A DNA stretch of 64,000 bases, from NCBI GenBank assembly GCA_013265495.1, contig MU057560.1:756753-820752 (forward strand), read 5' to 3'. Of this stretch, positions 35,140-47,900 are shown piece by piece. Source of the DNA: Vicugna vicugna (Eukaryota). Below the pieces are notes generated by a model. It saw nothing but the letters and a program-made list of their open reading frames with translations. It had not been told where the DNA came from and searched no databases. Positions within the stretch are counted from its first letter, which is position 1, and the number at the start of each line of letters is the position of its first letter. Position numbers and translations under genes: made by a program.

Positions 35140-35310
35140 CCGTGTTTCTATATCTCATGCCCTTTTTGTAATATTAATGTTACTGCTCCCACTTCACAGA
35201 TGATAAAACTGAGGCTCAGAAGGTTTATGTAACTGCCTGCAGCCAAACATCTGTCTGTGTGAGAGTCAAGATCTAGACTAAGTGCACCTGAAACTAAAAC
35301 CCAGGTTTTT
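35140..35310 (-). mobile_element. MIR SINE
   Basis: CCCACTTCACAGATGATAAAACTGAGGCTCAGAAGGTTTATGTAACT. Confidence 0.75.
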
Positions 35311-35524
35311 CCCTGCACAGGGTGTTGCTGATACCACTTTCTTAAGTCTTGACTTTTACTTTTTCTTGGACTTGAATGTGTGTTCTACCATTTCAAAAAA
35401 AAAAAAAATACAAGCTGCTGAAGAACACAGCCCATGACTCTGCATCCAATATTCTGTGCATAGTATTTATTATTAATAATAACTGAATAAAATCAGAGAA
35501 GTGCTTAAAGTCAAAATACCAGGA

Positions 35525-36672
35525 AAAGCAAGCTAAATCCAAAGGAAGCAGAAGAAAAGGAATACCAAAAAAATTAGAGCAGAAATCAATGAAACAGAAA
35601 ACAGAAAATCAATAAAGAAAATCTGCAAAACCAAAAGCTGGTTCTTTGAAAAGATCAGTAAAATCAGTAAGCCTCTAGCCCAGCTAACTGAAAAAAAAAA
35701 GAGAAAACACAGATCAAAAATAGCAGAAACAACCTGAATGTCCATTGACAGAGGACAGGATAAAGAAGTTGTAGTGTATGTATACAAAGGAATACTACTC
35801 AGCCATAAAAAAGAATAAAATAGTATCATTTGCAGCAACATGGATGGAACTGGAGATCATCATTCCTAAGTGAAGTATTATTTATATGTGGAATCTAAAA
35901 AAAAAAGACAAATGAACTTATTTACAAAAGAAAAACAGACTCACAAAGAAAACAAACTTATGTTTACCACTGGGGAAAGAGGGAGGGAAGGGATAAATTG
36001 GGAGTTTGAGATTTGCAGATACTAACTACTATATATAAAATAGATAAACAACACATTTCTTTTGTATTGCACAGGGAACTCTACTCAATATCTTGCAGTA
36101 ACCTATAATGAAAAAGAATATGAACAAGATTATACTGTATAGCATAGGGAAATATACACAAGATCTTATGGTAGCTCACAGAGAAAAAAATGTGACAATG
36201 AATATATATATGTTCATGTATAACTAAAAATTGTGCTCTACACTGGAATTTGACACAACATTGTAAAATTATTATAAATCAATAAAAATGTTAAAAAAAG
36301 AAAAAGAATATGAAAATGAATATATGTATGTATGCATGTGACTGAAACATTATGCTGTACACCAGAAGTTGACACAACATTGTAAACTGACTACACTTCA
36401 TTAAAAAAAGAGAAAACAAATCAGAAATAAAAGAGAGAACAACACTGCAGACCCCATGGAATAAAGGAATGTTACAAACAACTCTGTGCCCCCAAATTTG
36501 AGAACCTAGATGAGATCCACCAATTCCTTGAAGACACGATCTGTTAAACTCACACAAGAAGAAACAGATGATCTATATAGGCTTTATCTGTTACAGAAAT
36601 TGGATAAACAATGAACAACCTCGCAGAACAGAAAGCACCAGGCCCGGGTGGCTTCACTGGTGAAGTCTACCA
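35525..36672 (+). mobile_element. Three-layer nested LINE-1: old ORF2 fragment containing an L1 3' end that contains a younger L1 3' end
   Basis: ORF2-like AAATTAGAGCAGAAATCAATGAAA...GGTTCTTTGAAAAGATC (left) and CACCAGGCCCGGGTGGCTTCACTGGTGAA (right); inner insert 36125-36299 flanked by GAAAAAGAATATGAA at 36110-36124 and 36300-36314. Confidence 0.88.
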
Positions 36673-37789
36673 TCCAGGAATGCGCGACAGAGCCTCTGCA
36701 GTCTAGGGTGTCTCTTTAGCAGCTGTCGTCGGTGTGTGAGCTGTTGATGGGAAACTTCATTTGAAGGCTCATTTCCGTCTTCAGATCTGAGGAAGTTCCT
36801 TCTGCTGCTTCTCTTATTTTTGTTATTTCCTCCATTTTAGTGTCTTTACTTTTTTCTGGAATTTTTATCAGTTCCATGTTGGTCCTCTGGCACTGGTCTT
36901 GTCTGTTTTCTGGTATGTTTTAAATCCCATTCTAAGGTCTGGGAGGTTTTTAAAAAATTATTTCCAATTCTTTTATTGTAAATGTAAAGTGTAACAGTGG
37001 CCATGTACTCAACCTCTAAAAGACCTGCTCTCTGCTCCCCTCACCCCCACAGCATCCTGTCTCCCATAGGCTGTCTCTGGAAACAAAGTGTTGGTCTTCT
37101 CTGAAAGCCAACAAGGAAATGAGAGTGTCCGTCCTAGGACAGCAAGGAACTAAATTCACCAACGACTTGAATGAGACTGAGATATTGCAGAAGGATGAGT
37201 GTGTCCAGTGGTGTGGTTGAGTCATTTGTACACTCTTGTTTTCAGTCTGATTTGTAAATGCCAACTGCTGTGCTGTTTACGGATTCTGAACACAGATACT
37301 TTTTGCATTTCAATAGCTAGGTTGCTTTTCCATTTTTTTTAAAAGAATTTGAATCACATATCTCTTTACTTTTTTCATCTTCCCATCCTCTCCCATCCTA
37401 TTCCCTTCCAGAAATTTGTGGAAATCTCTCAACTTGTTGTTTATTACTTATCCCAAATCTTTTTTTTTTCCTTCTAAGCTTTTATTTCAGTGGAAGTCTT
37501 TGGAGTGTGGAGAACAAATATTTATGCTTATTACTCAATTCTGAACTGGAGCTGCCTGATTAATCATTCTAAGAAACTGATTTTCACACTGGTAGCCTTT
37601 ATACTCATTCTTCCTTGGTTTTTTTGTTTGCCTGCCATGAAGGCAATGCTGTTAGACAAAAATATGAATTAGTTCCTGCCTTGTAAATATGAAGACAAAC
37701 TTTGCATAGAAAGAGTAATGAGGTGAGACTTTTAATGGGCTTTGGAAAAGCCTCACTTACATTTGTCTTTTATCTTAAGCAGTTATTCG

Positions 37790-37960
37790 GGCTATGGAAG
37801 AAACATAGATTTTGATATACAGCTTTTCCGTGTAGCCCTGAGTAAATCATTTAACCTCGTAGCGTCCAGGCTCAAGTCAATACAATTATTCTTTTCGATG
37901 TCACAAGATCACTGTAAGAAAACACAGCCAAGCGCATGATACCTGGCAAGCGCTTAATAC
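37790..37960 (+). mobile_element. MIR SINE fragment
   Basis: TGTAGCCCTGAGTAAATCATTTAACCTC...ATACCTGGCAAGCGCTTAATACATT. Confidence 0.5.
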
Positions 37961-38299
37961 ATTCGCTCTACGTGGATTCGTATGTACGCAACAGGGCACT
38001 GAAAGAATAATGGGGAGCCAGATCTCTTTAAGAGGTGCATTCGAGTAGATGAGATGTGTAAGTAAATAGTCCATTTCATTACAGTGTTAGTTACCTTCTA
38101 CCACTCCCCCTGTTCCACCCCCATCACCCCTGGTGATGCAGCCGGGGCCACAGGAGAGCTCCACATGCTGACGTGAGAGAGGCTGAGAAGGACTCTGGTG
38201 GAGCATGTGGAGCTAAGATCAGAAAAGTATAAAGGATGAAGGTAAGGCAGGAGTGACAGAGACCCTTGAATACCTAATTAGAATGATTCAAAGAGAAAA

Positions 38300-38602
38300 T
38301 TTGGGCTGCTATAACGAAATACCTTCACTGGGTGGCTTATTTCTCACAGTTCTGGGGGCTAAGTCCAAGATCGTGGCATCAGCAAGTTTGGAATCTGGTG
38401 AGGGGCCCCTTCCTGGTTCATAGGTGGCCAGTTGTTCCCTGTGTCCCCACATGGTGGAAGGGGCAAGGGAGTGCTCTGGGGGTCTCCTTTATTGGACATT
38501 AGCCCCATCATGAGGGCTCTACCCTCATGACCTAAAGGTCCCACCTCCAAAAACCATCTCCTTGGGAGTTAGAATTAAAACATTTGAATTTTGAGGGAAC
38601 AG
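38300..38602 (-). mobile_element. MLT1A-type MaLR LTR
   Basis: GGGCTGCTATAACGAAATACC...TTTCTCACAGTTCTGG...CCCATCATGAGGGCTCTACCCTCATGACCTAA...TTTGAATTTTGAGGGAACA. Confidence 0.85.
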
Positions 38603-40959
38603 CCTATGATAATCACCAAATAGAGCAGGTTTAAGACTCTGTGTTCAAAGAAAGCGTGTTTAAATTGTAAACAGTTTCCCGTGAGTGTTGTGGGAAGACC
38701 ACCAGACCAAGAGCTTAGTGTTTCAGGATCCACGTTAGCCGTGTTGCTAGTTGGTGCTTTGGCTCTGAGAAGCGTCCCTGAACACCTGCGTCTGTCTGCA
38801 CGACAAGGGTTAGGGACGGAGTCTTCTTTCTAGATATAACGTCTCCTCGTAAAAAATTATGACATTTTCTCTTTGATGGAGTAAGAAACGAGGTACACAT
38901 CTTAGGTGTAAACACGCTGCATATATCAAGACAATAAAATATATATAAAGTTTACAGTTAAGTTAAAGAGACACCAAGAAAGTGTTAAAACAATTTTAGA
39001 AAGGCAAGTATAAAAATGGATGGGATTCGTGCAACTCTAAATAAATCAAGCCCGACTTTTGAAAGAACTGCCAGTTAATCAGTCCAATAACATTCAGATC
39101 CGTGCTTTTATAGAATTAGGCTTATGAGAAAATAACTATAATCCGTGGAGAATAATGGTTTTATTTCAACCTCGCCAATCAGATGCACAATTTACAGGCA
39201 TAAAGACACCAACACAAACGTAGTATAAATATCCACTGTGATAATAAAAGCTATTTATTAAAAATTTAGTCTAACATTTCTCATGAGAAGTAAAACTATT
39301 CCAGTGCTTTGTAAAAACTGACTCCATAGGGGTCTTGATAAAATAGCAAATGAGTTTCTTAATGTTATGAGCTTTTGAAAACAATCCATGCAAGAGAGCT
39401 GTATTGCGTTTCGGCAAGACAATTGGATCAGATGCCCCTCACTGATGAAGGCAGAGGACCTAATTTGGGATTCATCAGTTTTCCTTTTCAGAATTTCAGT
39501 AAAGCCATATGAGATATTCGATTTGTGTTTGAGCAGGCCTGGCTTCCCAGTGCAGGTCATGGGTCTCAGAGCATTTTGAAAGGATGGACCATTGCTGCCT
39601 TGTTCCAGGAAGAACTATTCCAGAAAAGCCAGAGGAAGTCAGCGAGGCTGCTGTCGCAACACAGATCAGACCGTGTCTCATGCATTGTGGGAGCTCAATA
39701 AATGCCTGTGGATATAAAGTCCAAATTGGTGGGACTTGATTTTTCTGAGGCGGTGGTAGAAGAACCTGGACTTGAGCCTAAAGATGGGTCTTTACCCCAT
39801 AATGAAGCATATCATTTCTGAGACTTAGGGCCTTCGGCTGCCCCCAGGTGTGATTGCTTGACTGGGACTTAGTCAAATAAGAACCACGACAGTAATGATG
39901 CATAGAATAGTTAAGTTTCAAATCAGACAAAAGGATGCTTCAAGGATCCATAAACTTCAAAGGGACAAGTAGACACTGGCTTTGATGGTCGTTTGGGATA
40001 CTTTGTCTCCCTTGTTATGAAAAATTATAATGAATCCATCTTTCCTTTTCTGACCCTCTTCTTTCTCTAGCAGAGCTCTGTCCAGTTTTGTTTCTGTTTT
40101 TTTTTTTAAATCCTAGACATTTGCCTGAAATTGAAGCTTGCAGCTATCAATGATGCTGTCATTCAGTTTCCAAGCCCGTGAAAGTGATCCGCATCCTCTC
40201 ATAGCTCCCTCCATCTGCAGCCCCGACTCAGCGATTCTGCGAAAGTATCCTCACAAGTCACGGGGAAGCAGGAAGAGGAAGGATACCAGCCAAGCTGTGC
40301 CGATTGTTCCCACAGCACAGCCAGCCTGCCAGCTTGGAATCCAGTACAATGGAAAAACTGGAACAGATTAGAAAAAGGAGAGGCCAGCGTTCCCAAGGAT
40401 AAACGGAAGAGGCAACTCAGGGCACAACCTAGCCGGTCCCCACCAGCTACCATGCAAGATCATTGAGCCCCGGCATGCGGCTGGACTCTGAGAAAAGGCT
40501 GAACAGTTTCATTATCAGCCCGCACATCTGGACATTTACAACCAAGCAGGATAATCACATCTAAGGGAGAGGACCCATGATTATCCCTTCCGCCCCAGGC
40601 CCATCCTCCGTCTTTAGATCAAACCAGCCTTGCTCCCCCGCTGCCAGACCTGCTAACAGAAACCACACAGATGTGCTGGTGAGCCCCACGATGGACTTTT
40701 AAACTTCCAGACTCAGTGTGGCCTTGGGTGGCTTCAGCCAGCCTTAAACCGATCTCTTGTTAGTTTCACAGTCTCTAAAGGGGCTGTGCCAGTTTCAAGA
40801 CTTCTTGTGACAATAACTTCATCCCTGACCCTTCTGCCCTCAATATGGTCTTCTGTTGGTTTCGAGGATGATAGACATCACCACAGGGAACTCCTGTCCA
40901 CACTGCCACTGGTTTTCTCCTCCTCAAAATTCAGTAATAACGCCCTGCCTCTGCGTTGT

Positions 40960-41530
40960 GTGTTTTTGTCTTGCTGGAAATTATTCTCCACGTTAGCTGT
41001 ACCAATTTACCTTCCCAGCAGTAATACATGAGAGTTCTCACTGATCATCCACATTTTTGGCCAGTTTGACAGTTTGATATGGTATCCCATTGTTGAATTT
41101 TACATTTTGACTTCTCATGAGGCAGAATGTTTCCCCGTACCTTTTAGATATTCAAGTTTCCGCCCCCATTTGTATTTTTCTATTTTGGTTGTGTATCTAT
41201 TTTGGCTTTTATTGGATTGTTTATCTAATTAGATTGTAATGCTACATATATTCTGGTTATTAATTTCCCCCATGCTTTGTGAGTTGCACATGCCTGTACT
41301 CTGTCTGTGGCCTGTCTTTGAATTTTGTTTGCGATATTTTTCTCAGTTTTAGTATATATAGCCACACTTACCATTCTTTTTTTCATTTTGAGATTGCGTT
41401 TTTAAAGTCTTGTTTAGGAAAGACTTCCATATCCCAGTGGTCATAAAAGCATTCTCCTAGATTTAGCAGGGGGAAAAATACACCAAGTTTTGCCTTTCAA
41501 ACTTTAAGATTAGGCACTTAGAATGTGTGA
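40960..41530 (-). mobile_element. Ancient LINE-1 ORF2 fragment
   Basis: GCTGTACCAATTTACCTTCCCAGCAGTAATACATGAGAGTTC, TGGTATCCCATTGTTG, GTCTGTGGCCTGTCTTT, TCTTGTTTAGGAAAGACTTCC. Confidence 0.7.
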
Positions 41531-41939
41531 TTTTATAGATGCATAAATGACTGCTGCTGCATCTCCGCTCTGTGTGTGCACTTCAATTAATTCATTCTGT
41601 CTCCCTTTGCAACTCTTCTAGTCTCAGACCTTGGGGATACTTTTATAGGTTCCCATCAGTTTCCATTTGCACCCCTCTTGTCTTTTCATATGCGTCTCCG
41701 CTATCCTGATGGCTCAACAAATCTGCCTCCAGGCTTGGTTCTGGTATCTCTTCTCCATGACACTCAAGACAACAGCACCCACCTCCCACTAGCTGAGTTC
41801 ACTAGGATTCCATAAGGCACCTCAGGCTCAAAGGGACAGCTATGTTCCTCACCATGTTCGGTCCCTCAGTGAGTGATTTTCCAGATCCAGTCTTGGGGTG
41901 AAAGATACAGAGGAAGGAGACTAGCAAGATGTCTTATTC

Positions 41940-42130
41940 TCCGTGGGACCCTGGACCACAGGTCAGTTCCGTAAGCAGTGCCTCATTTACTCTTACCTGT
42001 AACATGGGAATAACAGCATCTCCCTCCTCCTGCTGCGGTCAAGTTCAGCAAAACATATAAACTGTAAAGCTGTGTGTGTTAGAACAACGCCTGTCACGTC
42101 TCCGGCGCCATAGGAGGGTCAGCTAATTCA
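41940..42130 (+). mobile_element. MIR SINE
   Basis: GTGCCTCATTTACTCTTACCTGTAACATGGGAATAACAGCATCT...TGTTAGAACAACGCCTGTCACG. Confidence 0.6.
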
Positions 42131-42799
42131 TTTTTAATTCCTCCTGTATGCCAGCTAGACTATTCTTTATCCATTGGTCAGAGAGAATGAGACGATTTTA
42201 TGCCATATATGTAACATGGTCTTAAAGTTGTCAAGGTTCACATTGAAAAGACATCCCCCATCACGGCTATGCACACTTGGGGATTCAATTTCCAGAATCC
42301 TGGAATGCCTTGAAGAAACTGTCCCAGGGTTCATCCTATCGTGTGGGCGTCCTTACACAAAGCGATCTTCCCAGGAAGCCTCCTCCACAGGTTCCCGGGA
42401 GGCACGGTCTCAGTCCCCTCTGCTCTCTTTCAGGCCAAGAGGCAGCGTGCGTCGTGACGGGGAGGAGGGCTGTGATCACACACGCCACGCCGAAGGGCCC
42501 CCACACGCGCCAACTGCACCGGGACCCAGAGCCATGTTCTGGATGAGTGTTGTGATTGTTTACCCAGCTGTTCCTATCAGGATAATTAATATAATTAACA
42601 ATCAAGACTCTAATTATAGATGTTTAACAAGAGACATTTATAATCACCCCTCAAACCTGATCTAGATACATAGGAACCTTTCACTGAGTGCCTACTGAGT
42701 GCTCCACACATAGCACGTCATTTAACTCTTACAGCAATGTTTCAAAGGTAGATATCAAATTTAGGAATAATTTAATTTAAAATTTAAGAGCCGAGGTTG

Positions 42800-43205
42800 A
42801 TTTACTGCTCCCCTGGGAAAACAATGAACCATGAACTGGGTGGCTTAGTCACTTGAAATTTACCCCCATATTTCTGGAGGCTAGAAGTTTGAGATCTTAG
42901 ACATTTGAGACGGAAGTCTAGGTGGTTTGGGATCTTTCTGCGGGCTGTAAAGGAGAAGTCTGTTCCAATTTCTTGTAGACGGCCGTCTTCTCCCTGTGTC
43001 ATCAAGTGGTCCTCCCTCTGTGCCTGTCTGTATCGGTGTCCAACTGTCCTCTTTCTGTGAGGACACGAGCATATCGGATTCGGGCTCACCCCAACGACCT
43101 CATCTGAACCTGATCATCTGCAAAGACCTTATTTCTGAAGAAGGCTACGTTCTGAAGTACTGGAGGTCAGAACGTCAACATCTTTGAAGGTAACACAATT
43201 CAGTG
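42800..43205 (-). mobile_element. MLT1B/C-type MaLR LTR
   Basis: ACTGGGTGGCTTAG...TTCTGGAGGCTAGAAGTTTGAGATC...GAGGACACGAGCATATCGGATTCGGGCTCACCC...CATCTGCAAAGACCTTATTTC. Confidence 0.85.
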
Positions 43206-43249
43206 CAATTATCCAGTGAGAAAGAGACAAAGCTGGACTTAAATGTAAA

Positions 43250-44090
43250 GCCCTTTCCATCTGTGCCAGACTGTCCTGATCTCCTCCCACCTTGGGCCTG
43301 TCTCCCGCCCAGCTACCTCTCGGAAGCCTCACTTGCCTTGTTGCTGTCCATTCTCTTGGTGGAGAGCCCTGCCCTCTTCTCTCCTGGGTCAGCATTTAAG
43401 CATGCTCAGATCTTCCTTGTCTCACAAACCGTGTTGTGTTTCTGAGTCCCGTCTCTACTGGCAGCTATTATCCATCTCTCCTCTGTTTCTCAGCTGAACA
43501 AGCTGGAATTACGAGCTCCCATTACCATTCCTTCCCCTTTGGACATGCTCCTCTGTCTTCCACACCAGTCATCCCCCCAACAGGGCTTCTTCCAGGGTCA
43601 TTGGAGCCCCACATCACTGGGTGCCGGGAACACTTTGACATCATCTTCTTACCGGAATCCCTCAGCACGTTTTATCGGCTGGACCATTCTCTCCTTCAAA
43701 CACTGGTTTCTGTTCCTTTCATTTAAAAGTTGAAATCCTCACGGGCACCTTTAATCTTTGAAATAAACTGTCTCCCTGAGCATTTTCGTCTGTGCACCTC
43801 CTGTCCTCTGGTGAGCCCCAGTGAACCCCTCTGCCCTGACTACCCAGCTTCGTCTTCAACATCTCCATCCACGTGCCTCCCAGGAACCTCAGATCTAGCA
43901 TGTCCAAAATCAGCTCCACTTTCCCATGATCCCCAAAGTGCTGCCTCTTTCAGTGCAGTCAACTTGGCCAATGGCACTAAAATGGTTTTAAATTGGGTGA
44001 TGAAACCGTGAAGGTTAATTCTGACTTGTCCTCTTCCTGTCCTTCCTCCCTTCAGCCCCACCGACCCCCACATCCTGTCAATTCCATCAC
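43250..44090 (+). mobile_element. L2 LINE fragment with decayed reverse-transcriptase segment
   Basis: ORF 43436-43726 ends HFDIIFLPESLSTFYRLDHSLLQTL, resembling the L2/CR1-type RT motif LLDLSAAFDTVDH; AGGAACCTCAGATCTAGCATGTCCAAAATCAGCTC. Confidence 0.7.
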
Positions 44091-44887
44091 CTCCGGCAGG
44101 ACAAGGGTGTGGGCATCCCAGGAAGCAGAGAGAAACAACTCCTTTATTTCAACTATCCCCCAGGAACTTTGTCTAAAAGTTAGTTTTGATAATTTCCTAG
44201 TCTTTCAAACTGAGAAATTTCAGTGTCCAAAGAACGTCACCAAAACACCTCCAGGAAGATGCTCATCAGCACAGAATGAGAAAGAAGAGGAAATGCACAC
44301 GCTCTTTCCTTCTTTCTGTTTTCTCGTCTCTGACTAACAGGCATTTTGTATTTTGTCCTGGGCCACTGCTTCAGGGGAAGGGAAAAAGGCTCAGAGCTGA
44401 TTGCTGCTGCTTAGAAGTGAGAAGCCATTTGACGTGTTTAACGCATAGGAGCTTTTATTTCACTGAGAAATTACATTGATAAACACCAGGTCCTCTTATT
44501 GTGTAGGTTAAAGAAGCATGTCTAAACCATGATGCTTCTGAATTAAAAAAAGAGAGCTCCGAAGAGCCCGTGGGCTCTGGTTGGGATGACAGTGTCTGAG
44601 ACACCAGTGTTTGCTCTGAGGGGTGGGAAGGGGCCCCCGTGAAACAGAGCACGGTCTGCGACCAGGGCTTCGGAGCAGGAACCACAAGCAGACAGAAAAC
44701 CGAGGGTACAGAACCGCATTTTAACATGTAGACACGCTGCCTGTGATCTTTCATGGAACTGACAACTGCAGCAAATAGCCCAGGCTTCACTCCGTTCTCT
44801 TCCTGTCCTTAACTAAGAACAGACCCAACATCCTGCGGCCTCGGCGAGAGGGGGTCTGGGGGAGGGGTGGAGGCTGGGGTGCGGAGG

Positions 44888-44902
44888 NNNNNNNNNNNNN
44901 NN
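44888..44902. other. Assembly gap (15 N)
   Basis: Run of N in the sequence. Confidence 1.
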
Positions 44903-47900
44903 ACAGGGGGAGGGCAGGGCCGGGCAGCTGGGAGAGGGGCTCCTAAAGGGCGGGGGCACGGCTGCACCGCAGCTCACAGGCAGCCTCCCCCCACATCTGA
45001 CATAGCCAGCTAAAGGACTTTGGACATATTGGATTCTTTTGATTTTATTTTAGGAAAAATAACTTCTTTTTTTTAGTCACTGAATTAGTCCAGTTAATGA
45101 ACAGTATTTTCCTTTTCTTCAAAATAGAAAGACTTAAACATGACCTATCACCCAACTCTCTGGGCTCAATTTAAACCAACGTGACAAGCCTGGTGGGTTT
45201 TTACAAGCTGCCCTTTCCTGTCTCCCCGTGATCCAGGTTAAGAACGTGCCACATTGGGAATACTGACAGTTTTGTAAGAGTGACGTGGAAGACCCACGCA
45301 AGGAAGACCTCAGATATGTGCTGTAGCCCATGTGCCGTGCCAGGTAATTTAATACGTGAATAATGCTGTAGCGAGATGCCATCTGTCACCTTCATATTCG
45401 AGTACAGTACACTGAGGCCCAAGGAGGTAGGGTGGTGTGACCGCCGCGTGGTCCCCTGAAGCCCAGCTCTGCAGAGGTCACTGTGATGTTCACAAGAGCA
45501 ACGCCACGCTGCTGGAACCTGTGCAGCCAGTGCCCGGAGGTCGGCTGGAAGGACGTAAGTCGGTCAGCACCATCCCTGTTTTACAAAGATGACCAAGTTG
45601 CTGGTAGCCGTGTCAGATCCATCTACCTGATACCTCACGTTGCTGCCACCATCGTGAAGATGACTTGACCCCGGCCCTGGATCTCAGCAGGAGTGTAAGT
45701 TCTGTAAGGAAAACATGTCACACAGTGCGGCACGCAGAGCATCCACTTAATCCAGAATCTGCCATGGGAAATCTCCGCAAGTGTTACCCCTATAGGATGC
45801 GTGTGGTGACTAGGATTGACGCTCGAGAGGGCTGGGATGCAAGGTAAGGTTCTATCTGAAGACCTTCCACTCAGGACTCTGCAGAACCAAGGCTTGGCGC
45901 TCTCACCTCCTCCCTCTCCGTCCATCCCCACACCCCTCCACCCTCGGGGGCTGCACCTCCTTCGCCCAGACTCCCCGCCGTCCCCACCCCACCCTCAGAG
46001 TCCAGAGCATGGGTGCAGCCAGCCTCTCCCTTGCACCTGCACAAAGGAAAGGGGATCTTCTTGGTCAAGGACTCTTCATAGACGAGAGTGTTTTTGCTTT
46101 CATTTTTTCAACCTGGTGGGAAAGAAAGAATGTCACAAAGCCAACAACAGGTATCAGATCACAGCAATAACCAAAGGCAGCCGGTCTCAGTCTTGGCTAA
46201 TGTGAAGAGGCAGCGGCCTCCAGTGACTAGTGACAAAGAGGCACCGGGGTTACGGTCAGAGGGACAGAGAAGTGCCAGAAGCCAGGAAAGGCAGCGAGCG
46301 TCCAGGGACGGCGCTGACCCAGCGCAGCTCTGGAAGGTCCTGTGAGGGTCGGCTGTGCTATCCTGCATTCTGAAATTGGAGAGTCTCTGACGTTTTTGTC
46401 CTAGAAATGTCAAATTGCAACCATTCATCTTTAAGAGCAAGGAGCCCCAAGTTCCCAAACAAGGTGATGCTGGATTTCCGTCCTGAACACAGAAAACCCA
46501 TGTGAGCTCCCAGGAGCTCTTGCCTTGAAGTATTTATTTTGGGGGAAATGACAGCATTTTTCTACTTATATCCAGGAATGTCGTGGCTCCTCCAAGTTCC
46601 TAAAACTTGCCTCCTTCCGTCCACTCTCACTTTCCTTCTTGCTGGCCACCCTGCCTCCTCCTCCTCCTCCCCTCCTTCCTTCCATCCTTTCTCTTCCTCC
46701 TTCTTTTGCTAAGCTCAGTCTGATAATCTGAGAAGCTCTTCCTTCTGGTTTTAAGGGGAAGGTTTTCCACCTGGCCAGAGCCAAAATGTGAAGCCATTGG
46801 TTTCTCTTGCGTCGGGGGTCAAGCAAGCACTGGCCTCCACATCCTCTCCCGAACGGAAGACAGCCGTTCGGTGCGCTGATGGCCTTCAGCACTGGAAGAT
46901 GAAGTGCGGTGATAAATTTGAGAGCATATGCATATCCAACCAGTCCGCTAAGCAGGGCTAAGTTAATTCTGTGTTTTACACCAACCTTGTATGGTTTTCT
47001 TATAAATAAGATTTCAGTTGAGAAACCTAAGGGAAAAGTATGGTCTGGCTCCTCATTTCAAAGTGGAGGATGAAATATTTGCATGATCTTTGCTCCTGAT
47101 CAAACCAGTACTTGCAGCCTTTGTCTCCCACTGAGCAGCTCTGCGTCCCTGACAGGCTGACCCACCTCTTTGGGCGTGGGTTTCTCTCCTGTAAGCTGAG
47201 AGGGTCCGGGGAGAGTCTGGAATCCCTCCCTGCTTGTCTCTGATTCTTTCACTAAAACAACCACAGCCCCACCGGTTTCTTTCAGGTCCTTAAAAATTAT
47301 TTGAATTTTAAAACCTTGCAAATGCTACTTTCTGTAAGTGGCGTCAGGACCATGTGGAATAGAGCCAGCCTGAGCGGACGCAGGGTGCAGACGACTCCCT
47401 GGGTCACTTCTGTCCTGCAGGACTGCCTTTCCTCCTAACCCTGTGACTCTGCTCCCCCGCTGCCACCTGAGCTGCGGGCACCTTCATCCCAAGATCATCA
47501 GCCTTGCTCAGCACCCTTCCTCCCCAGCACACTTCCGTCCTCTTCATCCTCTTTCTTCTGTCTCCAAAGTTCAAACAAACCAGGGCCGTCTTTCCCTGTC
47601 TTGGGACCTATGGAGTCAGGGGATGTTGGGGCAGAGGGGGACGTGAAATCATTTAATCCCAGACCTTGTTGTACGGCTGGGGACACCAAGCTTACAGAGG
47701 GGGAAGTGGCTTGACCACAGGACCGTGCTGGCAGAGCCAAGGCAGAGCCCGAGTATCTGACTCTCCCCACTTTCCCTAACAAAAGGGTGGCAGTTGCCAA
47801 AACAGAGTGTGCACTTCTCTGCAGCCTTAAATCCCAGGAACCGAGAACGTTTAGCGATTGCAATCAACTGAATTATCAATGAGCGCTAATAACCCTTCGC

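Noticed and set aside
47851..47889. GATTGCAATC palindrome inside a small imperfect hairpin
   Set aside because: Short enough to occur by chance in 64 kb; no supporting context
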